Shown here piece after piece: positions 32,865 through 42,492 of a stretch of DNA of 48,476 nucleotides. The notes under the pieces are model-generated. The model was not told the DNA's origin. It saw only the letters and a list, made by a program, of their open reading frames with translations, and made no database searches. Source of the DNA: Candidatus Altiarchaeota archaeon (lineage in GTDB: Archaea > Altiarchaeota > Altiarchaeia > IMC4 > SCGC-AAA252-I15); NCBI GenBank assembly GCA_043804895.1, contig JAZDIN010000015.1, positions 1 to 48,476 on the forward strand, written 5' to 3'. Positions within the stretch are counted from its first letter, which is position 1, and every line of letters begins with the position of its first letter. The translations under genes were made by a program, and so were the position numbers.

Positions 32865-34709
32865 ATGACATATTATTATACTAATGAAGGTGTTTTTAAG
32901 ATGGCTGTTGATGAAAGGAAGGATGCGGGCGATTCGGGTTCAGCTGTGAAGGTGCACGGCCGCCGTGGCGGTGTTAGGAAGGTTAGGGTTGCTAAGAAGC
33001 ATGTTGTGCATGAGGTTCATGCGCAGAAAGCTTCGGGCAACGGGAGTATATTATCCTTGGATAAGGTTTTGGCTGTGCTGCTTATCGTTTCGCTTTTGTT
33101 CAACTTCTACCTATTCTACCAGAATTCAACTTTAGGTAAGCAGGTGGATGAGCTTAAGGGCACCATCCTCGGGTCAGGCGGCCCGAAGGCCGGGGGAGTT
33201 GATGTGAACCTGGTCGGCGAGACTGCGAAGGGTGCGAAAGCCAAGTTGGAGTTTTATGTGATGAGCCAGTGCCCCTACGGTGTCCAGGTTTTGGATGGGA
33301 TAGCGCCTGTTTTGAAGAAGATGGGCGGCTATGTTGACTTCAGGGTGAATTTCATCGCCAACGACAAGGGTGATGGGACGTTCAGCAGCCTACACGGGCA
33401 GGGGGAGGTCGATGAAGACATTCGCGAACTATGCACCATGAAATACTACCCAACAAACTACAAGTACATGGATTACATATCATGCAGGAACAAGGCCATA
33501 ACCAGCCCCGATTGGGAGCCGTGCGCAAGGGATAACGGCATGGACTCAGCCAAGATTAAGGCGTGCGCTGAGGGTGCTGAGGGGAAGCAGCTTCTGAAGG
33601 ATTCGATAGCTGCCTCCACCAAGGCTGGTGCGAGGGGCAGCCCCACCATGTTCCTCAACGGTCAGGGCTACAACGGCGGCAGGAAGGATACGGACTTCAC
33701 GACTGCGTTGTGCAATGCCTTGAGCGAGAAACCAGCGGCCTGCAGCAGCATCCCTGCCCCGGTGAAGTTGGATGTGATAATACTGAATGATGCCAGGTGT
33801 AAGGAGTGCAGTACAACAGCGCTTGAATCTAGCTTGAAGAACGTGTTCTCCGGAGCTGTAATTAAGAGAGTGGACTACGGGAGCGCTGAGGGGAAGAAGC
33901 TCTACAAGGACTCCAGCCTCAAATACCTGCCGGCAGTACTCTTCGATGATAAGGTGAAGACTGATTCAGGGTACAGCAACGTGCAGAGGTACCTGACCCC
34001 AGCTGGCAAATACCTCAGCCTTACTGTAGGCTCAGACTTCGACCCGACCGCAGAGATATGCGACAACGGAGTCGACGACACGGGAGATGGGAAAGTCGAC
34101 TGCGCAGACGCCACATGCAAGGACACATCGGTTTGCAGACCTGAGATGCCGAAGAAACTTGACGTCTTCGTGATGAGCCAGTGCCCCTACGGGGTGCAGG
34201 CGTTGAACTCGATGAAGGACGTTATCAGCAACTTCAAGGACCTGCAATTTAGCGTACACTACATCGCAGGATACAACGAGCAGACTGGCGCGTTCACGAG
34301 CCTACACGGACAGGGGGAGGTAGACGAGAACATCCACGAACTGTGCGCGATGAAATACTACCCCACAAACTACAAGTACATGGACTACATCTGGTGCAGG
34401 AACAAAAACATAAAGGGCACCGCATGGGAGTCATGCGCGACAGACAACGGCATGGACGCAGCGAAAATCAAGGCCTGCTCTGAAGGCGCTGAGGGGAAAC
34501 AACTCCTCAGGGACGACCTGAAGATCGCAGAGCAGCTGAAGATAGGCGGAAGCCCGACATGGCTTGCCAACAACAGGTACCAGTTCAGCGGCATAGCGGC
34601 CGATGCCATCAAGAGCGGCTACTGCAAATACAACACAGGCCTGCCAGGCTGCGAGAACACCCTCAGCACCAACAGTGGAGGGGTTCCAGCAAGCGGAGAC
34701 TGCGGCTGA
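32865..34709 (+). CDS. Membrane-anchored protein with duplicated thioredoxin/DsbA(GILT-like) domains
   Basis: One TM. Two copies of VMSQCPYG..SLHGQGEVDE.I.ELC..GSPT, separated by a CxxC domain and an EICDNGVDDTGDGKVDCAD motif. Start may be ~32901. Confidence 0.8.
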   Translation: MTYYYTNEGVFKMAVDERKDAGDSGSAVKVHGRRGGVRKVRVAKKHVVHEVHAQKASGNGSILSLDKVLAVLLIVSLLFNFYLFYQNSTLGKQVDELKGTILGSGGPKAGGVDVNLVGETAKGAKAKLEFYVMSQCPYGVQVLDGIAPVLKKMGGYVDFRVNFIANDKGDGTFSSLHGQGEVDEDIRELCTMKYYPTNYKYMDYISCRNKAITSPDWEPCARDNGMDSAKIKACAEGAEGKQLLKDSIAASTKAGARGSPTMFLNGQGYNGGRKDTDFTTALCNALSEKPAACSSIPAPVKLDVIILNDARCKECSTTALESSLKNVFSGAVIKRVDYGSAEGKKLYKDSSLKYLPAVLFDDKVKTDSGYSNVQRYLTPAGKYLSLTVGSDFDPTAEICDNGVDDTGDGKVDCADATCKDTSVCRPEMPKKLDVFVMSQCPYGVQALNSMKDVISNFKDLQFSVHYIAGYNEQTGAFTSLHGQGEVDENIHELCAMKYYPTNYKYMDYIWCRNKNIKGTAWESCATDNGMDAAKIKACSEGAEGKQLLRDDLKIAEQLKIGGSPTWLANNRYQFSGIAADAIKSGYCKYNTGLPGCENTLSTNSGGVPASGDCG

Positions 34710-34711
34710 GG

Positions 34712-35026
34712 ATGGTAGAAGAACTAACGGAAGGTTCGTTCGACCAGGCTGTGAAATCCGGCCTGGTCGTAGTGGACTTGTGGGCGCCATGGTGCATGCC
34801 CTGTAGGATGATAGCCCCGACAGTCGAGGCCTTGTCTAAGGAGTATTTAGGGAGGGTGACATTCTACAAGCTGAACATAGACGAGCACAACGGCCCAGCA
34901 GTCAAACATCAGGTGATGAGCATACCGACGCTCCTCGTGTTCAAGGATGGGAAGGTTGTTGACAGGATTGTGGGAGCGCTTCCGAAGGAGAGGATGAAGG
35001 AGAAGCTCGAGAAGCACCTAGCATGA
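34712..35026 (+). CDS. trxA: Thioredoxin
   Basis: VVDLWAPWCMPCRMIAP and VMSIPTL. ATG lies 2 nt after the upstream stop. Confidence 0.95.
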   Translation: MVEELTEGSFDQAVKSGLVVVDLWAPWCMPCRMIAPTVEALSKEYLGRVTFYKLNIDEHNGPAVKHQVMSIPTLLVFKDGKVVDRIVGALPKERMKEKLEKHLA

Positions 35027-35793
35027 ATGTGGCGTGCGTCCAGTTGGACGTCGTGTGGGAGGAGCCGTCCGAGAACATAGCCCATGCAGGGGAGCTGATA
35101 AAGGAGGCTGTGAAGTCGGGCGCTGATTTGGTCTGTCTTCCTGAGCTTTTCTCAACAGGAGTCACACGCACTCCGAAGAAGTTTGCCGAAAGTCTGGATG
35201 GTCCGACGTGCTCATTCCTGTTCAAGAAGGCGAGAGAACACGGGATATACCTGGTTGGCTCATACATTCAGAAGAACCCGGCAGGACTGCCGAGGAACAG
35301 CGTGGTCGCATACGACCCTAAAGGTTCTGCGGTCTGTAGATACTACAAGAACCGCCTGTTCACATACGACAGGGAACACAGATACTATTCCCCCGGTAAG
35401 GGGGTGGTCGCCTTCAAGGCATGCGGCTTCACCGTCTCCCCGTTCATCTGCTACGACCTCCGGTTCCCGGAACTCTTCAGGGCAGCAGTCGGGAAGGGAG
35501 CTGACATGTTCATCGTCGCAGCCAACTGGCCTAACCCACGGAAGGAACACTGGGTGACGCTACTGAAGGCGAGGGCCATCGAAAACCAGGCGTATGTCGT
35601 CGGAGTCAACAGGGTCGGGAATTCCCCGAAGCACTCCTTTTTCGGAGGTTCGATGATAGTTTCCCCGAAGGGCGAGGTTGTCGCAGAGGCCGGCGACGGA
35701 GAAGAAGTCCTAATCGGAGAGGCGAAATCTGATGAAATCGCCTCATGGAGACGCGAATTCCCTACGCTGAAAGACAGACTTATATTCCACTAA
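35023..35793 (+). CDS. Carbon-nitrogen hydrolase (nitrilase/omega-amidase-like)
   Basis: LPELF, YYK, ICYDLRFPE and ARAIENQ give the Glu-Lys-Cys triad. Confidence 0.93.
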   Translation: MNVACVQLDVVWEEPSENIAHAGELIKEAVKSGADLVCLPELFSTGVTRTPKKFAESLDGPTCSFLFKKAREHGIYLVGSYIQKNPAGLPRNSVVAYDPKGSAVCRYYKNRLFTYDREHRYYSPGKGVVAFKACGFTVSPFICYDLRFPELFRAAVGKGADMFIVAANWPNPRKEHWVTLLKARAIENQAYVVGVNRVGNSPKHSFFGGSMIVSPKGEVVAEAGDGEEVLIGEAKSDEIASWRREFPTLKDRLIFH

Positions 35794-35810
35794 ACACTAT
35801 GTCCTCTACG

Positions 35811-37820
35811 ATGGCTGAGAGGATTCTCGTCACTGCAGCCCTCCCGTACGCTAACGGGCCGATTCACATAGGGCATGCGATAGGATGCTACGTGCCTGCT
35901 GACGTGTATGTCAGGTACCACAGGATGCTCGGAGACGACGTCATATACATCTGCGGCACAGACGAGCACGGAACACCAATTTCAGTGACAGCTGAGCAGG
36001 AGGGTATAACGCCGGGCGAGGTGGTGGCAAAATACCACGAGATGCACCTGAAGGCGTTCGAAGGTATTGGAGTCAAGTTCACCAACTTCAGCGGAACCGC
36101 AAGGCCGATACACCACAAAGAGTCGCAGGAGTTCTTCAGGACACTCCTTGACAAGGGGTTCATATACAAGAAGACAGTCCTCAGACCATACTGCCCGAAC
36201 TGCAGGAGGTTCCTGCCTGACCGTTACGTGAAGGGCGTGTGCCCGAAGTGCGAAAGCCAAGACGAGCGCGGAGACCAGTGCGAGAAGTGCGGCACCCAGC
36301 TTGAGCCGCACGAGCTGAAGAAGCCATACTGCGTCATATGCAGGAACACGCCCGAGATGAGGGAGACGGACCACTGGTTCTTCAAGCTGAGCGAACTCTC
36401 CGAGAACCTGCGGGCCTGGGTGGATGGCAACAGGCACTGGCCTGCGAACGCGAGGAACTTCGCGTCAGGTTGGATTAGGGAAGGCCTCCAGGATAGGGCG
36501 ATTACTAGGGATTTAAGCTGGGGTGTGCCGGTGCCGGTTGATGGCGCTGAGGGGAAGGTGTTGTACGTCTGGTTCGACGCGCCCATCGGGTATATCAGCT
36601 CCACCAAGGAGTGGGCTCAGGGGATTGGGACGCCCAAAAAGTGGGAGGAGTACTGGCTCGGCGGCAAGACCAAGATAGTCCATTTCATAGGGAAAGACAA
36701 CATACCCTTCCATGCGATAATCTGGCCTGCGATGCTCATGGCCCACGGGGGCTTCAACCTACCGTGGCAGATTGCGTCGAACGAATACCTGAACCTTGAG
36801 GGTAGGAAGATGAGCACGTCGAGGAAGTGGGTGCTGTGGCTTCACGACTGCCTGAGGGAGTTCGAGCCTGACCTACTGAGGTATTACCTCCTCACTATCA
36901 CGCCTCAGAGCTCTGACAGCGACTTCTCTCTAAATGATTTCCAGTCGAGGGTCAACAACGAGTTGATAGCGACTTTGGGGAACCTTGTCAACAGGGTGAT
37001 GATGTTCATGGAGAAGGAGGGGGGGCAAGTGCCTAACCCTGTCGGATTAGACCCCGAAGACCAGAAGCTAATCGAACACATCAAGACCCAGCCAAAGAAG
37101 GTGGGTGAGCTCATAGACAGACTGGACTTCATAAACGCCCAAAGCCAGATGATGAGCCTAGCGCAGGAAGGGAACAAGTACTTCCAGGGTAAGCAGCCGT
37201 GGAAGAACAAGGGTGGAAACACCCTCTACCTGTGCGGCAACCTCCTGAGAAGCCTGGCGATAACCATGGCCCCGCTCCTGCCGTACTCTGCGGAGAAGAT
37301 TTGGAAGATGCTAGCACTAGAAGGCTCGGTACACGACCAAAGGTGGGAGGATGCGATAAGGCTCGGATTGGAAGGGGGCCATAGGATAGGCAAGGTCCAG
37401 GCGCTGTACGCTAAGATAGAGGATGAGAAGTTGGAGGAGTTCAAGAAAAAATACCTGCCGCACGAGGCTGGTGAAATAAAAAAGGAGGGAACGAAGATGG
37501 TAGACTACGAGGAATTCAACAAAGTGGACCTGAGGGTGGGGGTCGTCAAGGAAGCCAAAGACCACCCGAACGCGGACAATCTCATGGTATTGAAAGTGGA
37601 TATGGGAGACCTAGGCGAACGGACGCTCGTCGCAGGAATAAAGGAAAAGTACCAGAAGGACATAGTCGGCCGCCAGATAATAGTAGTCGCCAACCTAAAG
37701 CCTGCTAAGATACGCGGCGTAGAAAGCCAGGGCATGCTCCTCGCTGCCGTGGACGATGAGGGGAACCCGATACTGCTGCAGCCGGAGAAGAAGGCGAAAC
37801 CTGGGGCCAGGATAAAGTAG
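35811..37820 (+). CDS. metG: Methionyl-tRNA synthetase with C-terminal tRNA-binding OB domain
   Basis: ALPYANGPIHIGH, GTDEHG, Zn knuckles, YVWFDAPIGY, KMSTS, GVESQGMLLAA. Confidence 0.97.
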   Translation: MAERILVTAALPYANGPIHIGHAIGCYVPADVYVRYHRMLGDDVIYICGTDEHGTPISVTAEQEGITPGEVVAKYHEMHLKAFEGIGVKFTNFSGTARPIHHKESQEFFRTLLDKGFIYKKTVLRPYCPNCRRFLPDRYVKGVCPKCESQDERGDQCEKCGTQLEPHELKKPYCVICRNTPEMRETDHWFFKLSELSENLRAWVDGNRHWPANARNFASGWIREGLQDRAITRDLSWGVPVPVDGAEGKVLYVWFDAPIGYISSTKEWAQGIGTPKKWEEYWLGGKTKIVHFIGKDNIPFHAIIWPAMLMAHGGFNLPWQIASNEYLNLEGRKMSTSRKWVLWLHDCLREFEPDLLRYYLLTITPQSSDSDFSLNDFQSRVNNELIATLGNLVNRVMMFMEKEGGQVPNPVGLDPEDQKLIEHIKTQPKKVGELIDRLDFINAQSQMMSLAQEGNKYFQGKQPWKNKGGNTLYLCGNLLRSLAITMAPLLPYSAEKIWKMLALEGSVHDQRWEDAIRLGLEGGHRIGKVQALYAKIEDEKLEEFKKKYLPHEAGEIKKEGTKMVDYEEFNKVDLRVGVVKEAKDHPNADNLMVLKVDMGDLGERTLVAGIKEKYQKDIVGRQIIVVANLKPAKIRGVESQGMLLAAVDDEGNPILLQPEKKAKPGARIK

Positions 37821-37822
37821 GA

Positions 37823-38272
37823 GTGAAAGCGCACCACATAACAGTCAGCGTGTTCGCTGCAAGGCAGGACGTGCCTAAGCTGAGTGAGACGCTGGAAGCA
37901 ATCCTGCCGAAGGACGCGGCCATTGACGAGAGGGCTATTGAGCCTGAGACCGAAGGTGGCGTCTTCATGATGGAGCTTGTGGAGTTAAAGTCGCAGCTCA
38001 CAAGGCAGAAGGAGGTAGAAGAGTTCGCAACGACGCTTTTCAAGAGGCTCGACGACTACGACAGGAGGAAAATCCTCGACAACCTAGAAAGCTTCGTCGA
38101 CGATGACTGCAAACTCTACATCAGACTCAGCAAGACCGAGGCGAAGGCAGGCAACATCGTACTAGAATACAAAGACCCAATACACGTGACAGTCAAGCTC
38201 GCAGCATACCCGGCGAAAAAGGAGAATGCCGTCGAATCGGCAAGAAAGATGATTGAAGATGCACTACACTGA
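37823..38272 (+). CDS. Archaeal RNA-binding protein (DUF54/RNA_binding family)
   Basis: LYIRLSK..A..G.I.L...DPIHVTVK pattern; position directly before rpp30 as in the archaeal exosome/RNase P neighbourhood. Confidence 0.75.
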   Translation: MKAHHITVSVFAARQDVPKLSETLEAILPKDAAIDERAIEPETEGGVFMMELVELKSQLTRQKEVEEFATTLFKRLDDYDRRKILDNLESFVDDDCKLYIRLSKTEAKAGNIVLEYKDPIHVTVKLAAYPAKKENAVESARKMIEDALH

Positions 38273-38990
38273 CCTCTTCTCAAGCCCAAATTCTGTCGAA
38301 TTTGGCAAACATCTAGGATGGAATGACTTCTGCGCAGTCAACGAATACAGGAACCACAGCGACTTCAGAAAGTTCGCCGAGGAGGCGGAAAAACACGACA
38401 CCCTAGCCGGCGCGCTCATAACATCAGAGCCAACCAAAAACGCGAGGACGGCCCTCGACTTCGCAGACCTGACAATCGTTGACGGCCGAACCGAGGACGT
38501 GTGCCGCGAGGCCTCCGAATGCTATGATGTGGATTTGATAGTCAACCCGGAGGCTAACGAGGAACGTGATTTGATACGGCAGAGGAGCTCCGGGTTAGAT
38601 GACATAATGGCCGCATTCATGGCTGAGAGGGGAATCGGCTACTTGGTGAATATTGGGAACATCCTCCATGCAACAGGCGTCAGACGCGCGCAGACAGTCG
38701 GGAGGGTGGCGCAGAACCTGAGGCTCGCGAAGAGATACGGTGTGAATGTGGTCCTCTCATGCGGGGCGAGGAACAGTTTTGACGTCAGAACACCACAGGA
38801 CATAATCTTGTTCGCAGCAAACCTCGGCCTCAGCGAGGGGGAGGCAAGGAATGCTGTGACAAAAAACCCCCAACATTACGTCGACAGGGCTGCTGACAGG
38901 AACAACCCGGACGTGCTGATGAGCGGCCTCCGAGTCCTGTCCTGGGGCCAAGCTGAGAGGAAGCAGAAGAGGAAATACGGGTGGTACTGA
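38259..38990 (+). CDS. rnp3: Ribonuclease P protein component 3 (Rpp30)
   Basis: VDLI..P, SGLDDIMA, LAKRYGVNVVLSCGA...DVRTP pattern of the Rpp30 TIM barrel; gene context. Confidence 0.85.
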   Translation: MHYTDLFSSPNSVEFGKHLGWNDFCAVNEYRNHSDFRKFAEEAEKHDTLAGALITSEPTKNARTALDFADLTIVDGRTEDVCREASECYDVDLIVNPEANEERDLIRQRSSGLDDIMAAFMAERGIGYLVNIGNILHATGVRRAQTVGRVAQNLRLAKRYGVNVVLSCGARNSFDVRTPQDIILFAANLGLSEGEARNAVTKNPQHYVDRAADRNNPDVLMSGLRVLSWGQAERKQKRKYGWY

Positions 38991-39602
38991 TTGGACGCAC
39001 CATACCTGCTTGCCCTCGGATTCATCGTTGGATTGAGCGGCGCGATGATACCAGGGCCGCTTCTCGTGTACACGATTGCAGAATCCCTCCGCAAGGGAGC
39101 TAGGACTGGTGTGCTCGTCGTGGCAGGCCACGCCATCGTCGAATTCGCCATCATAGCAGTCCTATTCGTCGGAGTCACAGCCCTCATGACGTCGGAACTC
39201 TTCGTCAAGTCAGTTAGCATACTCGGCGGAGCATTCATGATGTACACAGCATACGGTCTCATCAAAGCTAGATGGGACTTGACTGGACAAAACAGCGCAG
39301 CCAAGTACGGGACCATAACAGGCGGCATACTCTTCACCGCCCTGAACCCGAGCATGCCAGTCTGGTGGGCCACCGCAGGAGCGAGACTCCTTGTGGAGGG
39401 AATAAGAAACGCAGGCCTCCCAGGGGCGCTCTTAGTCCTCATCGGCCACTGGGGCGCTGACCTAGGATGGTACGCGCTAGTCTCAGCCTCCGTAGCCAAA
39501 GGGAGGGAGGGAATGCTCGGCAGATACATTAATCCAGTGAAAAACCTCCTAGCCCTCCTCCTACTCGCCATAGGAGCATACTTCATCAAAACAGGAGTGT
39601 GA
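38991..39602 (+). CDS. LysE-family translocator
   Basis: GLSGAMIPGPL, GHAIVE, LNP..PVWW; about 6 TM helices. Confidence 0.9.
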   Translation: MDAPYLLALGFIVGLSGAMIPGPLLVYTIAESLRKGARTGVLVVAGHAIVEFAIIAVLFVGVTALMTSELFVKSVSILGGAFMMYTAYGLIKARWDLTGQNSAAKYGTITGGILFTALNPSMPVWWATAGARLLVEGIRNAGLPGALLVLIGHWGADLGWYALVSASVAKGREGMLGRYINPVKNLLALLLLAIGAYFIKTGV

Positions 39603-39614
39603 AACCGTACGTTC

Positions 39615-40331
39615 CTATGCCCCGTACATACTCTGTAGTCCAGTAATGTCAGGCTGCTCCAGCGTCCTCTTGTCGGTTTCCCCGTTGTCCGAGTAACCGT
39701 ACATTGTGACAGCAGAGCATGCGCCCCTGTAGATGTCGTTGAGTCCTATGCCGTGGCCTAGCTCATGGGTGGCGATATTTTGCAGGTCCATCAGCGCCGG
39801 GTCCTGTTCAGCATCTCCCCACTGGTAGTACGTGTTGAAGAGTATGTCGAACTCCCCAATCTGCTTGGTCTTTCTGTTGTACCATATGGAGGTTATGGCT
39901 ATCACACCAGAGTTGGAGTAGGAACCGAAGACTAAACTGTTCTTACCATCGAGCACCCCGTAGGAGGCGTTGTAGTCCACTGAGTATGCGTCGTTGAACA
40001 GGTTAGGTGTCGTGTCCGCGTCCCACGTATCGGCGGAGGTTGATACTGCCGCTGTGACGAAGGATTCTGTGAGGCCGTTAGAGTTTGTCGGGTTGATGGT
40101 GTAGTTGACAGGTAGAGTGTTCCACTTCACGCCCATCAGCTTGTAGCAGGTGTCGCCTCCGGGCTTGCCACCCCCTGGCTTCGCCTTCTTGAAGTGGATG
40201 AAATCCACCCGCTCCATGTCGCGCGCATCCTTAACGACGCCGTTACCGTCTACTCCTCCCGCAGCCGAGACTGCGGCAGGCACTGAACAAAAAACCAACA
40301 AAACCGCCAAAACCAAAACATGATAGTTCAT
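39615..40331 (-). CDS. Secreted matrixin-like (M10/metzincin) metalloprotease
   Basis: Signal peptide from the ATG at 40331; DLQNIATHELGHGIGLND, Met-turn VTMYG, DITGLQSMYG. Confidence 0.9.
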   Translation of the reverse strand: MNYHVLVLAVLLVFCSVPAAVSAAGGVDGNGVVKDARDMERVDFIHFKKAKPGGGKPGGDTCYKLMGVKWNTLPVNYTINPTNSNGLTESFVTAAVSTSADTWDADTTPNLFNDAYSVDYNASYGVLDGKNSLVFGSYSNSGVIAITSIWYNRKTKQIGEFDILFNTYYQWGDAEQDPALMDLQNIATHELGHGIGLNDIYRGACSAVTMYGYSDNGETDKRTLEQPDITGLQSMYGA

Positions 40332-40402
40332 GTTAGGGATAGAGGTAATAGGGGAATATAAGGGCTGAGGGGTATCTACACGCCCGGGTATTTGAAAAAC
40401 TC

Positions 40403-41401
40403 TTAGGTGGTTATCAGCCCCGTGCATCTCCAGTTTATCTCTGCGGTGCGGGTGTCTTCGCTGACGACGCACGCCGGGTTACACTGAGGGTTAGGTCCTA
40501 TTGGTTCAAGATCAATCCACCATGTCCTCGTGTAGCCATTATATGTTACCCTATCGGTGAGTGCTCCCTCCTGTGCGCATTCGCTGCCTTCCGCTATCAT
40601 GAGGACCTCATCAAACGCGAGCCCGCCTCCTCTCCTGCACTGCGGGGGGCCCCTGCACCCGCACTCATCAGTTCGGCCTTCGACTATGGTCCCGTCCTCG
40701 CAGAACGTCGGCGAAGGCGGAGAAAGCTGCGGACATTCGCCGCACCTTGTCTGACATTCGCCTTGAGTCCACGAATCGACTCTGGCAGAGCATGCGCCGC
40801 ATCCGTTCCCGTATGTGACTCCGTCGCTGCCGCACACAGGCGCATACTCCAACGTGCATGCGATGTTATCCCTCTCCTCGTCTGTGCAGACGTGCGTTGT
40901 CTTTTGGCATTCGCCCACAGTGTAGTACCCCACCTTAAGGTCAGAGCATGCCATGCACGGGTTAGAGTATGTGTTAGCGCACGGGTATGCGAAGCACTTT
41001 ATCGACTCGTTGAACCAGCCGCACACGGGCATGTACTCCTTGGTGCACATGCCACCCTTCCTCGACTCCGGAGTGCACTGGTGTTCCTCAACTTCAGTGC
41101 AGTTTTCCTCCCACTTGCGTAGGCACTTCTGTTTAGCCTCGCACCAGCTGTATCCTGCTGAGCCGATGCAGCCGTGCTCGTCCCGGTCCCCACCAAGAGG
41201 TGGCTCCCTTACAGGCTCTTTCACAACCTCGGTGAACGTCTTCCCCCCGGCAGCGCACTGCCTCGGGTAACTTTCCATTATAGGATTCCCGGCGGCCGCG
41301 CAATCCTCGAAGCTGGCTATTTCTTTACCTGATTCTACGCAGCCGCTTAACCCGACCGCGAAAACCAACGCGGTCATGACAATGATGAATTCCTTTTTCA
41401 T
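40403..41401 (-). CDS. Cys-rich lipoprotein with two Kazal-like protease-inhibitor modules
   Basis: Lipobox [20 protein letters not shown] and [20 protein letters not shown]; further small disulfide modules. Confidence 0.8.
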   Translation of the reverse strand: MKKEFIIVMTALVFAVGLSGCVESGKEIASFEDCAAAGNPIMESYPRQCAAGGKTFTEVVKEPVREPPLGGDRDEHGCIGSAGYSWCEAKQKCLRKWEENCTEVEEHQCTPESRKGGMCTKEYMPVCGWFNESIKCFAYPCANTYSNPCMACSDLKVGYYTVGECQKTTHVCTDEERDNIACTLEYAPVCGSDGVTYGNGCGACSARVDSWTQGECQTRCGECPQLSPPSPTFCEDGTIVEGRTDECGCRGPPQCRRGGGLAFDEVLMIAEGSECAQEGALTDRVTYNGYTRTWWIDLEPIGPNPQCNPACVVSEDTRTAEINWRCTGLITT

Positions 41402-41471
41402 GGTAGAGTATTCAGCGCCCCCCTTAAGAACCCTCCCGGTTTACTTCGGAAAAAACCGAAAATCGTCCTAC

Positions 41472-42437
41472 TCAGACTGCCTCTATCGTCGACGGCGGCT
41501 TCGTTGTGATGTTGTATGTGACGCTTACGACTCCGGCAACCTCGTTGGTCAGCCTCTCAGCCAGCTTCTCCAGCTTACTGTACGGCAGCCTAGTCGGCGA
41601 GCCGACCCTCGCGTCCTTGCTGTCCCAGCACCTGACCTCGATTTGGAAACCGAACTGCCTCCGGTTGTCCCTTAAGCCTGTGACCATGTCACTGTGTAGA
41701 ATCGCCATATACTGGAACGCCTTTGTCTTGCACAATTCCTCTTCGACGATTTTCGTCGCCTTCCTGACGGTCTCCACTCGCTCTGGCGTCGCCTCGCCGA
41801 TTACCCTCGCAGACAGCGCCGGCCCTGGAAACGGCGGCCTAGCGTAAATTTCCTTCGGGAGTCCGAGGGCTTTGGAGAGTTTCCTGACAGCCGGCTTCCT
41901 CAGCTGCACTAGGGGTTCGATAATCTTGTAACCGAACGCCTCCTGGGTGTCGATGCCCAGCTGCTCGAACACGTTGTGCTGCCTTTTTATTCCCGCGACC
42001 GTCTCGTCGACGTCGGTTAGTATCGTCCCCTGGAGGAGGTACTTCGCTCCGCTTTCCCTCACGAGCCTACCGAAGACGTGCTTGTAGAATGTCTGGGTGA
42101 TTGCTTCCCTCTTCTCCTCAGGGTCTGTTATGCCTTTGAGAGCGTTGAAGAACTCTTCCCTCGCGTCCACAACCTCCACCTTTACGCCCAGTTTAGCGAA
42201 CAGAGTCTGAATCTTTTTCGGCTCGCCTTCGCGCATGATACCGTTGTCGATAAAGTACGTCCTGAGCCTGCCGCCCAACGCCTTATGGCCTAGCATCGTG
42301 ACCGCAGACGAGTCCACACCGCCCGAGAGCGCGTTGACGGCCAGACCATCCCCGACGGTCTCGGAAATCTCAGCAACCTTCCCCTTGATGAACTTCTTCG
42401 CATCCAATCCTTGTAGAGTTATCTCCTTGATTTTCAT
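41472..42437 (-). CDS. guaAB: GMP synthase, ATP pyrophosphatase subunit B
   Basis: ALSGGVDSS, DPEEKR, LLQGTI, IK.QHNV, PFPGPAL, YNITTKPPSTIE. Confidence 0.95.
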   Translation of the reverse strand: MKIKEITLQGLDAKKFIKGKVAEISETVGDGLAVNALSGGVDSSAVTMLGHKALGGRLRTYFIDNGIMREGEPKKIQTLFAKLGVKVEVVDAREEFFNALKGITDPEEKREAITQTFYKHVFGRLVRESGAKYLLQGTILTDVDETVAGIKRQHNVFEQLGIDTQEAFGYKIIEPLVQLRKPAVRKLSKALGLPKEIYARPPFPGPALSARVIGEATPERVETVRKATKIVEEELCKTKAFQYMAILHSDMVTGLRDNRRQFGFQIEVRCWDSKDARVGSPTRLPYSKLEKLAERLTNEVAGVVSVTYNITTKPPSTIEAV

Positions 42438-42492
42438 GACCTAGTATTCGCATGAAACCTTATATTTATAATACCCCTACCTCTTCTATACC

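Noticed and set aside
40332-40472. ORF-track extended starts for the matrixin (also trxA 34559, metG 35745, 45034)
   Set aside because: The extensions overlap neighbouring genes; downstream ATGs match the expected N-termini.
41472-42437. GMP synthase apparently lacking its glutaminase domain
   Set aside because: A two-subunit GMP synthase with separate genes is normal in many archaea.
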